Part shown: positions 12,539 through 26,700 of the stretch, in pieces
How positions within the stretch are numbered: position 1 is the stretch's first letter
Layout of the letters: each line of letters begins with the position of its first letter
Assembly (NCBI GenBank): GCA_052426225.1
Contig: JBNJNM010000011.1
Coordinates: forward strand, 5,022,001-5,086,000
Length of the DNA stretch: 64,000 nucleotides
Direction: 5' to 3'
Origin: Zancudomyces culisetae HAW-14-8
Lineage: Eukaryota > Fungi > Kickxellomycota
Made by a program: the position numbers and the translations under genes
The notes under the pieces: model-generated
The model's database searches: none
Told to the model about the DNA's origin: nothing
The model's input: the letters and a program-made list of their open reading frames with translations, nothing else

Positions 12539-15500
12539 TGACTATTCTATTTTGCACGTTTCTTAATGCTGGCTTTGGATAACTATAAGTTTCTTATTTT
12601 ATTAGTATTATATTATTTTTTTTATAAAAAGATTTTTTTCTCTAGTAGGGCTCAAAACACAATAATTACTTAAATCTGGAAAGTAAGCATATGGTGGGAA
12701 AAAGTTATGAGCGATGTTTTCTCAAGATCGACTGGATGAAAATTGTATGAATATACTAATGTGTGTTTTCACCTGTTATTAGAGTTCAAGAAGCATGAAA
12801 TTTAGGAGGAATGCAGTTATATATTTTTCCCAAATCCGTTTCAGAGAACAAATTTGAGAAAAAAACGATCACTGGTTTCGTATTTTTTTATACTATTGAT
12901 TATATTGAGCCCAGCACATCATCAATCCTTGCTCATCGGTTGCGCTACATACTTTTATTAAACTTCTGCAACCACACCTCTACCTTTTCCCACTTATCCT
13001 CATTCATCTTTTTTTTTATTACTCACTTTGCCTTTCATCTCTCGTTTCTTCGCTCCTAACAGATTTGTAAATGCAAGCAAATTTCCATTTAAATTCTGAT
13101 TATTTTCCATTATTATGTCGCAAAGAAAATATTCATCTAATAAAAATCCACCTATTCCATGTAATTAAAAAATAGTCGTATCTTTGTGGTCTATTTTAAT
13201 CATCATGTAACACCATTCAAACACCATTTACCATACCTTTGAAAATCAATTTATCCCCTTTTACTTTTCAAATCAAAGTGTTTGCTACTGAATCAAAACT
13301 GTTCATGATTTCGGATTTTATCGATTTTTATTGGTCAAGCAGATATTTTCAAGTGTTTATTTATATTTTTGTTCCAATTTTTTTATGCTTGAGTCACGTA
13401 AAAAATTTCAAAATTTTATTGCGTTTAGTAAAGCTGCTTCTATTTCTATAATACTCAAAAATGTCATTATTCCATAAATGTATTGAAATTTGTTAAAGCT
13501 GAAACTGTTGTTCAAGATAAAATGGTTGCGAGATATCAACGTTAAGCAAATGGCTGTCTTCTAGATTAATTACATTTTGTCTACACTAATTACAATAATT
13601 ACAGCACACTAAAAAAAGTTTTATTGATATTTTTGCATTTAAAGCGCGAGAAGGTACTGTTAGGTAAAAGCGATGAGTTTTCATTTACAACCTTACGAGT
13701 TTTATAACATAAGTGGAATAAATAATCACCAAAACAGACCTATTTTTTTATGTATTACATATACTTCAAGTATGGTTACATGTACAGAGTTAAACCGAGG
13801 AGTACCCAGGGGTGGGTATGGTGAAAAAAAAGATACCTTAAAGGTTTTAGGTTGCTGGGGATCGGGTTAGCGTCTTAGACTTGGAAGTTTGACTCCATGA
13901 TCTAATTAAACACGTTTTGGGAGAGCAGTATTGGTGAAATGTAATACACACTATCAATGCGATTTTTATCCAGTATAGTGGGTTTTGGTATTCAATAAGG
14001 TAGGAAAAAGTATTTTAGTACATCTGCACCATTTCCAAACTTTTATTATACCTCTGATCGAACTTACCGTTTTATTAAACTTACAAGTCTTCACAAAAGA
14101 AACCATCCACTAAACTACGGAAAAAACACCAGTGAATTACAAAATTAATGGCGGAATACAACCCCAGCGGTGCCTTAAATGTCTCATGCTAATAGAGTAT
14201 GAGCCTAAAACTATGTTCTTAGTAAAGTGGTTTTATACTGCTCGTTTTTTTATTTTATAACATCGCCTATCACAGCGAATGTGGTGCAGATCAAATAGCC
14301 AGAAAGACATTTAATTTTAATCTTGGAAAGAGATGGCTTAACTCGACTTTTTCGATTCAAGGAAAAAAGAAGTATAGTACTGATAAAAGCATAACTTGTA
14401 ATCAGTATCTATTGACTTGTTTATCTGTTATTATTTTATTTGTGTATCGTTTGTAACAAGCCTACAAAGCGACAAAAGGAGCATGTGGGTAGTAGTACCG
14501 CACTTACGGCTAAAACTAAACAATACATCCGTGAAGAAAAGAAAAGAAGATTTTTAAATAAGCATATTTGTATTATTTGACAGAATTGCTGAGTGTTTAT
14601 AGTTTACAGTACTTCAAATAAAACATCAAAATGGAAACGCATTCAGGTAAATCACAGCTCCAGTTACAACTCGGAATAGGGGTGGCGAGCTTATAACATC
14701 CAGTAAATCGAAGCATTACGCTTATCGGAACAGGTATGGATACTTTGCAGAGCATGTGACAAGGTTATTATACACATCTAAATCTAGTAAGTGAGGGAGG
14801 GGGGAAGAAAAGAAGAGTGTTAATGATGTAAAAGTATGCTGTTTCTTGTGAATTACGGAACTGTTCAAACCAAGAGTTTCAATAACAGTTAAACTTACCA
14901 AATTTATCACCCAACGATACGCTAGAAAAGCCCGTTACCGACAAGTTAGATTCAACCTTTCCAATTATCTCTACGAATGTTGTGTCGATAAGACAGTCCT
15001 ATTTAATATTTGGGTTAGGTGTCAAAAAGTGTGTTTCCTTGATTTTTATTCTATGCCGAAATACACGCAAAGCAGGGAGCACATATGTAACGGTACCATA
15101 AAAGTAGGCAAGCACTACAAAAGCAAAGTTTTATTTTTTATTTTTTTAAAAAAAGGAAACTTTACCTGTGACAGATTGACAGGAATCTTTCCATTATCAG
15201 AGGCTTGCAGAATGATGTGGTTTCCTCGGTGCTAATTCATAAATAGTCCAATATCATTTTAATAGCAATTGAGGTGTGAATTGAAGAAAATAAATACACG
15301 GTTGAACCAGGTATAATTCTTGAATCATGTCTTAAATAACAATAGATTGCATATTACAAGAAAAATAATTACCTCTAAAACGCGCCCGATAATTCTCACA
15401 GTGTGATCCTGGAAGCTGGAAAGCAATTCTGAGTTGACTCTTGGTGTTGGCTTGTCCATATTATTTCAAAATTCTTTTTATATTTATAGTTGTTGATGTT

Positions 15501-17025
15501 CGATATTTTGGTTTTTTTAAAGTTCAAGGTTTTAGATTGTTTATAAATGTATTATTAAATTTGACATGAAAAGCTGAGCAGCTGAACAAACTAAGTGCAC
15601 AAAAGCTAGCCCAGTTTTCATCAAAAATTGAGTGAAATCGAGGCAGCAATTGGGTGACCTTGTTTACACACATTGTAATTTGTTTACTGATGTTTATTTT
15701 TTATTGAAAAAACTACAAGTAAAAAAGTGAAATGAATTGGGATAAGAACAAGGCCTGGCTAAAATCAAACATGTGGTGGATTATACAGGCTATAGTAAGC
15801 GAAAAGAGAACTCACTTGATCTCGAGGTTAAATAGGCTTATAGGGAGAATAAATAACCAAGGTACCAGTATTTGTTCACAGAACACAAACCAAAATGGTA
15901 TGTAATAGCTTTGATCTGCCTTGTAAACTGGTGCCCAACTTTTTGCTGTGCACACCTGCCTGTAAACGTCTAGGAGTTGCTTTTAAAAATACTTCAAACG
16001 AAACCATATTATCGCGTAGTGTGTGTATATACAGATAGCTGAGGTGAAAGCAGATGGTAGAATAACTCGTTGTTATACTGAATTTATGGCGCTACGCAAA
16101 ATGCTTATTCTTTCGATGTGTTTGGGGCTCCTATCTCGGTAGAGCAAAATAAATAGAATCCAAAACATCACCTTGACCAATGGTGGGGATTTCGTCATCA
16201 CTAATATCTATTTTAATCCACTGCATTATGAATGTTTCATAAAAAATACTGAGAAAGATGCTAACTCGCTATTATATGGAGTTAGCCGAGAAAGGATGCT
16301 ACTTTAAAAATATACCTTTATCATAGAGAACGAAATCTAGACCTGGTGCAACATCAATATCTAGGCATTATAAAAACATTTATTATTAGTATTTTTATGC
16401 TTACTCTCATCAAAAGCTACAAAGAACATTGCCAAAATATTCCACTATTCTGCGAAAGAGTTGGTGTATTAATTGAAAGCTTGGAGGGAAATTAGGCTGC
16501 AGCATTTCCAACAAAAAAACCAAACAAATACAAAAATGGAGAGAAAGAAAAAAGAGAAATGAAACTATAATTCACCTTGCAATTTGATATCGTCGATTCT
16601 ACTGAATTCCTCAAAATTAGCAATTAATTCCAAGTTTCGCAATTCTTCGTCTTTCATATGAACATAGGAATAGTGTCCGTCCTAGTACGCACAAATAATA
16701 CAGTGAATATTACGCATATGTATGATTTTACTGCATCCTTCTTACCATTTCTGACAAAACTTGGGTGAAAAAATGATTATATTCCTTAGTGCTTGGTATG
16801 CAATATTTTGCAAGTTGTATTAAACTAGCTTTATTGTTAGAAACCGATTGAAAGTTCCGGCTAAATATGCAAAAATTGAAAAAAAGAAACCTGATTTGCT
16901 GTCAATAGGCTGACTTTTTTCCCCAACTGTACTTGCAAAAAATATGTATTTATATTAAGGACTTGGAAACCAACTCAACTAGTAAACAATATCAAGTAAA
17001 CAAAATACGAGAAAAAAGAAGATTT

Positions 17026-18189
17026 TTATGCAGAATTTGAGGCAATCAGCTCCTCAGTAAACAACCAAAGATCGCTCCAGTTTTCTTGATCTTGAGCGAT
17101 TTTGCTAGGGGCTAATTCAAGCCCACGCTCAAAGTACTTTCCACTAATGTCATTGACTTCATCAGAGAGTGCAAGTTTAATCGTAGTCAATGCCCCTGCA
17201 CGAGGATGAAGAAACAAAGCCAAACATAATGCACGGATCACTGCATATTTCACCATTGAAAAGTGACGAGTCGCATTGGTGTAGACGATCCCAGGATGTA
17301 GTGAGTTTACTGTAACTTTATTTTTACTATCCTCCTCGTATAATCTTCGCGATAGCTCATTGGCATACATTACATTGGCAAGCTTGCTGAACTGGTAGTT
17401 TTTAAACGGTTTGTACTTAGATCTATCGGTAACCAGCTCCTTGTCGTATGTGACATCATAGTGTACAGCAGAAGCAACTATGATAATTCTTGGGTTATTG
17501 TTGATACCATCAGCAAACTCAATTGACGTTGTCTTGAGCATATCTAATAGCCCATTTGTTAGGATAAAATGGCCAATATGGTTGGTACCAAAATGTATCT
17601 CAATACCTTCGGTTGTAGTGTTGTATGGGCTCCCGGCCAGTCCTGCATTGTTGACCAGCACATCTAACCTGTCGTATTTGGCTTTGAATGTATAGATAAA
17701 CTTGGATATTGAAGAAAAGGATGTTAAATCTAGCTCCATAAACTCACATACTCCGGCATCAGGATCTTCGATATCCTTACGATTCTTATTAATCATGTGT
17801 ATCGCATTGACCGCTGCACTCTCGTTTCTACACGCAAGAACAGTACAGAAACCCGCTTCAACCAGCGCCTTGGCTGTTTCGTAACCAATGCCACTACTCG
17901 CCCCCGTCACTATTGCCACCGGTTTGGACAAAATACCATCAACTCCACCCATCTCTTCGTCCCCCTTCTGCTGTAGTCGACTTTGCTTTCGCTTGGCTTT
18001 GAATTTCTCAACATACTGATCGATTTGTGACTGTGCGGAAAAGCGACCAAACTTCAGTTTTGAAAAGATATTGTATTTTATCTCAAGTGGTATTCCTATT
18101 ATCCACTCAGCTGTTGGGATGTGTAAAAGCTCAAAAAGTCCCAAGAAAATACGTCTAAAGAAGTTTGTAGTAACCTCTAACCACCCCAT
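17026..18189 (-). CDS. Short-chain dehydrogenase/reductase, retinol dehydrogenase (RDH12/13/14)-like
   Basis: VTGASSGIG Rossmann motif, DVLVNNAG, FGTNHIGHF, catalytic YQFSK, SLHPGIVYT. Confidence 0.93.
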   Translation of the reverse strand: MGWLEVTTNFFRRIFLGLFELLHIPTAEWIIGIPLEIKYNIFSKLKFGRFSAQSQIDQYVEKFKAKRKQSRLQQKGDEEMGGVDGILSKPVAIVTGASSGIGYETAKALVEAGFCTVLACRNESAAVNAIHMINKNRKDIEDPDAGVCEFMELDLTSFSSISKFIYTFKAKYDRLDVLVNNAGLAGSPYNTTTEGIEIHFGTNHIGHFILTNGLLDMLKTTSIEFADGINNNPRIIIVASAVHYDVTYDKELVTDRSKYKPFKNYQFSKLANVMYANELSRRLYEEDSKNKVTVNSLHPGIVYTNATRHFSMVKYAVIRALCLALFLHPRAGALTTIKLALSDEVNDISGKYFERGLELAPSKIAQDQENWSDLWLFTEELIASNSA

Positions 18190-18848
18190 TTTGATTCTAT
18201 TTCAATTTTTGTATAACTAGATGAAAATTACTTTGATAACAGCACCTAGGTGATATACCTAACAAATTTATACTTTTATTTAAGGAATTAAAACAATATA
18301 GCCTTAGAATTGCATTTAAAATGCCGAGTGAAACGCTTAAGCCATCTCCTTTAGCAGACTTTTTCTTTTTCTTTTTCCCTTTAATTTTATTTTTGCCTAG
18401 CTTGTTGCGCACTCTTGGCTTTTAGTATTTTATACGAAAATATTGTTGTGTTTACGTGCAGCTTAAAGCACAAGACAAATCATATTATATTATTGGGCAA
18501 CTCGTTTCTAGGCAGCTAACACCACTATATACATTTTTTCTTGAATAATTTGTGCAAATAGGCGGTCCGTGGTAAAATTCAACTTGTTCTGGAGGGTTGG
18601 CTGGATCACAAATATTTCTTGAAAAAATGTGGGGCAGGCTAGAAAAATTCGATTTCCAGATATTTTTTCTGGAGGAGAAGCGGGGAGGAGCGGTGGGGAA
18701 CCCGAGCACTTAGATATTGATGGATGAGTAATAATTAACTACATAGATGGGGATTTATCGTGGTTTTATTTTCAATCAGAGTAGATGCAAACAAATATTA
18801 TGGTCTGCGCTAAACGTAACCATGAAGGCAAAAAAAAATTGACCAAAG

Positions 18849-20804
18849 CTACTGGGTGATGCGATAACGATTATCATCATCACCATCACCACCACCCTCA
18901 AGTACTCCCTTAGCAAAGCTCGAGGCTGATGATCGCATATCTTCAACAAAGACAGAGATAGCACTAAATAAGCGAGAAGCTCCTGGAATACTATCGATCT
19001 TTATGATGCTGACATCCCCAACATTGCTATTCTCAGAAGGGTTTTTTTGATCGGAGAGCTTTTCCTCACTCTCTGAATTGTACCATCCAGGTTTCAAGTG
19101 TAGTTTGTTGGAAAAAAAAGGACGGGGCTTTGGACCAGCCTGCTTCTTTCCAGAGTGCTTGGCGAAATCAATTTTTCTGAATTGGCGTTCTTTATCAAAA
19201 GAAACTTTGGACAAATCAATAGTCATTTTGGAAATATCACCAGAGAAAGGTGAAACGAACGTGATAGCAGCTTTTCCTTTGTGTGAGCCAGCAAATACAA
19301 CAGAACTATGCCACTCGAGAAAACTGAAGAATGAAGAGCTTTCAGCCTTTCTGTAGCCCAACTTGGTGTTTACAGTGTTGTATTTGAGCTCGAGGTTGTC
19401 TGGTCCAAAAGTATCATCAGTAACTGAAGTAGACCCATAGTTGGATTTTGCAGAAAATCCGACTTTCGAATTAGTGCGAACAAGGACATCAACATCACTC
19501 ATTCCAGATTTAGCCATCAGTCTGAGCTTTCCATTCGGGTCTTCTATCGATACATTTACTGAAGAGTAAAGTGAAGATATATCTGCGGAGTTTTCCACAA
19601 GCATAGCACCAGTGATTGAGCCGGTTCCTGATTGTATAAGTACGCTCTGAGCTTTCAAATAGGGGATGTGTATAGGTGTACTCTTGACATTGTACAATTC
19701 GAATGTTTCGGGGTTTGCCAGATCCATTGCTGAAATACCAAGGTTGTATTCTCCAAAAGTGTAGAATGTTGTGAGTGCCTTCAAATCCTCTTGGGATCCA
19801 GCTGGGAGCATTAATTGAATCTTTGCATGTCTATACTCCTGCTTACTTGGTGTTTCCATACCACTTTCCATTTCCGCTCCTTCTTCCTTGTGGCCCAGAT
19901 CCGAGTTAACAAATAAATAAATAGTATTGTTGTGTTTGCCAAAATCTACCATTGATTTAATTGGTTCTTCTTTATCCAAGTCTGTTTCTTCACTGTAATA
20001 TGTTTGAATTTTAAAGATGGCCTTGCTTCCTGCGGTGTTTCCAACATAAACAGATGTGAAATGTGCACCTTTAGATATCATCTTTACGCGCTCGTGATCC
20101 TTGAGGCTGAATTCGTAGGTAAACTCTTTTCCTGGCTTCATGTTTTGCATTTCCATATTAGCTTTGTAGCTTGCGACATCTCCCATCGACCTTGCTGCTA
20201 TGATGTCTGAAAAATCGAACATACTCTTCCATTTACGTTCGCCACACCGACCGAACCCCATTTTTCCAAAAAATTCTCCAATTGTCTTTTTAAATCTGTG
20301 ATCATAGCTTTTACCATTCTCGTAGTCCTCATGGTCGTTATGATGGCCGTTATGAGGATTATGGCCGTGCATATGGCCGTGGTGGCCATTGTGTCCGTGT
20401 CCATGTCCGTGCCGATCGCGGTGGCCTTCACCAATACGAAAGTAGTTTCCTACATCCATTATTTCCTTGTAATATTCATGATACCTATGTCCATCATTTC
20501 CTGCTTCCATAAAGTTTTTGTTCCATTGATTTCTATACTCCTCCATTCTTGTCGCACTCCTTTCTGACATTCTTCTGAAGTTTGGATACAAACCGAAAAA
20601 GAGAATGATAGTAGTGATTGCGCCTAAAAGAAGCAATGAAACGCTGAATTTTGTGCTGCTGAGTTTTTTTACACGTGTGGTGTTTATTGGCGCAATATCT
20701 TCTTCTCTATCCTTCTCATCATCCAACAGCAGATTGGTTGATGCTTTTTCCTCCTCCTCTCTGTTTTCTCCATCAATCAACAATACATACTTGTTTCCCG
20801 CCAT
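18849..20804 (-). CDS. Single-pass (type II) membrane protein with His-rich tract and beta-rich, adhesin/DUF4097-like C-terminal region
   Basis: TM segment FSVSLLLLGAITTIILFFGLY; HRDRHGHGHGHNGHHGHMHGH tract; repeated ISS/S-G-S-I/V-type strands in the C-terminal half (domain call is inference). Confidence 0.7.
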   Translation of the reverse strand: MAGNKYVLLIDGENREEEEKASTNLLLDDEKDREEDIAPINTTRVKKLSSTKFSVSLLLLGAITTIILFFGLYPNFRRMSERSATRMEEYRNQWNKNFMEAGNDGHRYHEYYKEIMDVGNYFRIGEGHRDRHGHGHGHNGHHGHMHGHNPHNGHHNDHEDYENGKSYDHRFKKTIGEFFGKMGFGRCGERKWKSMFDFSDIIAARSMGDVASYKANMEMQNMKPGKEFTYEFSLKDHERVKMISKGAHFTSVYVGNTAGSKAIFKIQTYYSEETDLDKEEPIKSMVDFGKHNNTIYLFVNSDLGHKEEGAEMESGMETPSKQEYRHAKIQLMLPAGSQEDLKALTTFYTFGEYNLGISAMDLANPETFELYNVKSTPIHIPYLKAQSVLIQSGTGSITGAMLVENSADISSLYSSVNVSIEDPNGKLRLMAKSGMSDVDVLVRTNSKVGFSAKSNYGSTSVTDDTFGPDNLELKYNTVNTKLGYRKAESSSFFSFLEWHSSVVFAGSHKGKAAITFVSPFSGDISKMTIDLSKVSFDKERQFRKIDFAKHSGKKQAGPKPRPFFSNKLHLKPGWYNSESEEKLSDQKNPSENSNVGDVSIIKIDSIPGASRLFSAISVFVEDMRSSASSFAKGVLEGGGDGDDDNRYRITQ

Positions 20805-23782
20805 TTGCTTTTGTTTTTTTACTTTTTTATGTTCTTTTCGAAAGAATTTATGTGTTTTTTATAACGTGTTGGTAAAAATACAGTTATTTTGCTAGTTAAT
20901 GTAGTTTAGTTATAATTTATGAAGTATATAATTCTGGATCTTTTACTATATACTAATTTTGAATTAAGCCGAAGTGTTGAATTCGATTCGCTATGATATA
21001 GATTCAAATGAAAATATAAAAAGTCTATGAAAAGGAAAAAGAAAAAAAAAGAAAAAAAAAAATGTTGGTATGTCTATTCACGCTCTTTTGGAGCTTTATT
21101 TGCCCAATCTTAACCAAGGCTTTGCTTTATATTGCTGTTTTGTTGTCCCCAAATGAGTATCCCAGGTTTATTTTAAAAAGAATCAGCGCAAAAAAAAAGT
21201 AATTTTACGGTTGATTTTCATTTTTTCCCAACATTTAGCCTCCCGCCTCTCACCTCTTCTTGCTTTATTGTTTAAACTTGTGCCTACACAACACGGGTAT
21301 ATTTTTATTGGCCAACGCCCATCTCCAGTGGTTTCTAGGATCTAAATAGCCGCAAATTTTGACCAAAAAAATATAGAACATGACGAAATCTTGGAGCATT
21401 AAGTTTTGGGTAAAAGTCACATGTGCTTTGCGGAAATACTTGTTGGTTCAATTTCATCAAAACTATCCGTGTTTTTTTACCCACCCATCATCTACCTATC
21501 TACCCATCTCTCCCATAACCAAAAAAGCTCTTGGGTAGATAAAAGTAAAATTGAAAGGTTTCTTCAGCTGGATATGTAATGTATGCAATACACCGAACAA
21601 AAAATATAACAATATGGCGATTCTCTCCATCAAATGTCTACTCACCCTTCCTATTCAGCCTCTATTCTATTTATTGGTATTTTTTTCCCCAATATGATTA
21701 AGGGCATATTGTTAAAAAATTTCAATCACGCGGCTCGGGGGTGAAGAGTCTGGGCATTTGTTCAATGTATAAAGCCTGCTATTAAAACTATAAAAAAAAA
21801 GATTCTCTATTTCCCACTGATAACACATGATGACTCCATTTGTTTTTCCAACAAGCTATCGATTTCTTGCCTACAGCAATTGTGGTAAATAGTGTCATGC
21901 TGCAGCACCACTTCTCATTTCTATTACCAGAGTATCAAAAACCAACAGAGTTTATGTTCACATGTTTTTTTGTGCCTACTGTAACTAGTATTGTATATCC
22001 TGGTATGATACAAAAAAATAAAGATACTTTGGAGAGGAGTGGGGAGGGGGATAGCTTATTTTGCTAGGATAAAAGTTACCTCCATCTAAACTATTGTTGT
22101 GGAAAAAATTCCTCCCCCTCCCCCCTCATCCCCTGTTTTTGTGTATTATACGTGAACCAGTAGCTCACATGCTGACTATTTAACAAGAGTTTATATTACA
22201 GTAATGTTAGTTTTACATCAACGTACACCACAAAAAATAAACACCATGATTCGAATGGAATATATTAGGGATTAGTAGACCTATTCTTCCACTCGACCCT
22301 ACTTACACTTTATGTGATTAAAATAGCTAAAATTGGGTTTAGTACAAGATAAATGGTCTTAAAGTGAAAATAATTAGACTAGTTTTGGAGCACTGAAAAG
22401 AATAGGATGCCACCAGAGTATTATATTTTCTTTTTTGGAAAACTGTGAATAGAGAGGCTAATAAAGTACGAGATCACGTTCTTTAACTTTTATTTTTAGT
22501 GTAGAATTTGAAAAAAGCTAATGAAATACACTGAATGTCATTCAAATGGTTTATATCCGAAAACAAGTATACTGTTGTGAACGGATTTGAGTTGTAGTTT
22601 AATCACGTTTAGTTTTAGTCAATTCAGTCAATGTTGCGAATAACCGACTAGTATTACCAGAAAAAATAAAAAATAAAAAAGGTTAGCTGGAGGAAAGGTG
22701 GAAGGGGAGGAGACAATGCAAAGTAGTAGCATTTATATAAAAAAACAAGCTCAATAACCTCAAAAGAAAAAAGTATATATACAAAAAGAAAACCAAAAAC
22801 CTATTAGGTAGGTGGTGTAATTGAAGGCAGAAAAGTGTGATGAAAACGAGGGGGTGTACGAGAGTAAGGAATGCAGTAATGTAATTGTGTGCCACAAAAG
22901 GTACAATTCTTTCTTTTTTCTTTTCCTCTTCAAGTTTTTGTCTTTTTAAGAATGCAGAAGAGGTTATCAAGCGGAACTTTGCAATATATGCATATAGATG
23001 CATTTTCGTGTTTTTTTATATATTTTTTTGAATCAATCCTTGTATTGGATAATGTTTTCTTTTTTTTTAAGAGGCGTTTTTTTTATGAACATTTACATAC
23101 TTTGGTATTGTGTATTGTAAACCAGATTAAAATTTTGAAAATTGAAATATTATTTGCAACTGGAATGGAAGTAAATAAATCAATAACTGTTAATTTTTTA
23201 TAAACCAAGCGGATTTATTTGAATAAAGTGGATGAACTAGAAAGAAAAAAAGAAGGCTGATTTTTGTTGCTATTTTTCGTTTATTTTTTATTAGCATTTT
23301 TTATTGACCTTTAAAGCTGGAAAAAAAAATCGATTATGCGATTTTGATACTAAATTTGGTAAATCCGAAATAAAAAAAAGTGATGAAAACTATTGAAATG
23401 TAAAATGAAAGAAAGAAAAAAAAACATTGATGTGAAAAGCAAAAGAAAAAAAAAGTGCTAGTGCAGTACCACAAGTAAATCAAGAATTGCCACAGTTGGT
23501 TTGTAAGAGTTACGAGTATCAAATAGCTAGAATGTTCTACTATGATAACAATACAATTCAGTAACGTATTATATCCATCAATAATTTGCAGGTTGACAGT
23601 TCTAATAATTCGATAATAGGAGCCTATAATCATAAATACAAATTATTTATTTTCGTGTGAGCACAATAGCAATATATCAAGACATAAAACTCAAGGGGGA
23701 AAAAAGGAAAGGGAGAGAGATAGTATACAAACGATCAAAAACCCAAATTTGCTTTACAAAAGAGTATAAGTATATATATAAA

Positions 23783-26700
23783 ATGAACGAGCATAAAGAT
23801 AAACAGGAGGACTGGTCAAACGAAGAAAGTAATACCAAAAACAGCAGTACAAATCTGCAATGCGAAGTAAAAACACCCACTGCAAATATCAGTAGTCCGT
23901 ATGGGTCTAGGGAAGGTTCGAGGATACCGGCTCCTAGCCCGTCTATGATATACAGGAGTCCCAGCATAAACCGGAACGAGGTAGCAGAATCGAGATTATC
24001 AAAATCATCTAGTGGACTCATAAACAATCCACATTTTAGGCGGAGTATTAGTAAAAAAAGAATAATTGAGGATATAACACCGACAAAAGTAAAGGCTGGT
24101 ACCAAATATGTCGAAGATGTAGGTGGTTTCAGCAGCAACATAATGGATAATAAAATGGGTATTTCACTTGAAAAAAACAGCATTAACATAAATAAGTCAC
24201 AGGTGGATAAAGAAAGGGGTACAGATACACATGCTGCAGAGTATGGTGGTTTTACATCCTATGAGTTGATGAACAACGAACTCGATTGCACGAAAACAGT
24301 GGGAGGTGATAAGAAAATCGATGTTGAAACAGATATGACGACACCAGTATTGAGAGAAAAGCCACTAGTTAGCAACACTACTCAAGAGGAGCTACAAAAA
24401 GAAAATGGTAGGCTGGAGAGACTGCAAAACACAGAACTATTCTCAATAGAGAACCAACACGGAGAAATTGCTTCTTCAAAGTTAAATAGCACGCAGTATA
24501 AAATAATGAACACAGGAAAGAGCTCTCAAATATCAATAACGCCAACACAAGTATCCAAGACGCAAGAAGAAGGAAAAATGATTTTTTCAAATATAAGTGT
24601 GGGTATCAATGGTAACGCTAAAAATAATGAAAAAATTGACAGCAATGATAGGAAAAAAGAAGATATAACGGTTTTTGAGACAGCAATAACAGTATGGGTA
24701 ATTCCTACAGAAAAGGTAGGCAAAGTTGAGAATATAATAAAAGAGATCAACTATAGCATCACGGTATTTTCAGACACGCAAGCGGTGATAGATTTATTGA
24801 ATACAAATCCTGGCGAGACGGTTACAAGCACACGAATATTAAGGAGGGAGAGTGAAAAGAACATATTTGACTTTGGCAGAAATTTAAGCGGAAGAAGAAG
24901 GTATAACGAAGAAACAGTATCATCGATGATTAGAATGGGATCTAACGCGCTTAGGTTTAAACAGGGAGTTGGAAGGTACCGCCTGATAATGATGAATTCG
25001 TTAATAACGGGATTAGGGGATGTTTTGGATGAATCAGGGATTTCAAAGGCTATAGTTGAACAAGATAAAAGAGAGAGATACAGTAGACTCTTATCGAGAA
25101 GCAATAGTAATAGCGGAAGCATAACGGATGGTATCCATCAGCAACAGGAACCAGGCTCACCAATACTGTCAAGGGGAAAGGGGCAAGAATGTGAAATAGA
25201 AAAGGAAAAAGAAAAGGAAAGGGGAACTCCAGAAATAATAATGGGTAAAAGTACGGAAGGGTTGCTTAAATTATCATTTAAACCACATTTGCGTGGAAGG
25301 TACAAAGTGCGGGTCCTTGTTAAAGAAACACAACATCCAACAAACAAAACCGAGCTTGGAGAGATGAAAAATTCGGGAACTTTCTGTATCAATGGGTTAC
25401 CAGAGTGTAAGAGATGCAAGATGAGTATCAAAATGGTTCATAAAACTCACACAGAGCTCAGCCTTGATATGCTAGACGAGAGTAAAGTGGTGGAGTATTA
25501 TTATACCAACAAGGTGTTTAGTGTCACAGATGGGAATAAAGAGCTATTAACAAGCACTTTGGAACCGTTTGTCTTTACCAACAATGGCAAGGATACCAAC
25601 ACCAACAGTAATACTAACAATAGGAGCAGAATCGTTAAAGAATATATGGAGACACACGGTGCTCGGCATAGTGGTCGTAGAAACAGTATTAGCGGGGGTG
25701 TTTGTACATCGCCGATCAAGGGAGGGCGTAGCACATCACCTGTTTCGCTGTATAGTTGTTCTACGAGAAGCTATGAGGATAGTCTATACGACAGCAGCGA
25801 CAATGTGACAAGTCTTTTGGATGATCAAAGCAGTTTTCTGAAGGAACTACTAGACAATAAAGAACTATCAATAGACTTTGAACAGATATTGAGTCCGGAC
25901 CTACTTCCTGAATACTATTCGTCGCTTTCATCATCAACAGATCTACCCACCGAAGTATTTTACTACAATTTTAGTTGTTCGAGTCTTGTAAATGACTTTT
26001 CTGTTCAATTTTATCCAATTTACTATGAGTATTTGCTTGCAAAGACTGCGGATAAACGAGAAACTTCGATTATAGAAACTGGAAATGAAATTTCAAGCCA
26101 GCCTAATTCGAAGCATGATAGTGTTGTGGCAGTTGGAAATAACAAGGCGTCGATGGAAGAGGAAAGGCTAGATCATGTTGGAGAATACCAATATTTTGAC
26201 GATACCTTGGTTCGGGATGTTCAGGTTACTGGCTTAGATGATGAGTTTGAAAGTGGTATCGAGATCAACCATTTCTCGCGGAGTATTGAAAATGATAGTG
26301 CATGTGATAGCAATGTTAATGGTAATGGTGGTGTTAATTTTAATAGTAATGCGGATGAGGACGGCGACGACGATGAGGATGACGGTGAGAATAATGTTTC
26401 TATGAATATAAACAAGAAAACAGACGATTCTGAACACTCAATCGATAATAAAAATATCGAAACCACTTTGCAAGCCAGTTACTCTGATCAAGTAGTTGGT
26501 AGTGAGCTTGAGCTTGAGCTTGAGCTTGATCTCAATCATGAAGTTTCAATCAAAAATAACAACAGCATTGATTTAGATAGCATTAGCAATATACATGACT
26601 TGGCCACAAAAGATGTCACAGTAGATAATGTACTTTTTCCCGATGCCTGTAACAGCGTAGATGTGGATAATAGTACGGATAGTTGCCAAAAAAGGGAGAA

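Noticed and set aside
16160-16310. Short frame QNITLTNGGDFVITNIYFNP faintly resembling a LINE endonuclease fragment
   Set aside because: Too short, no catalytic motifs and no neighbouring RT remnant
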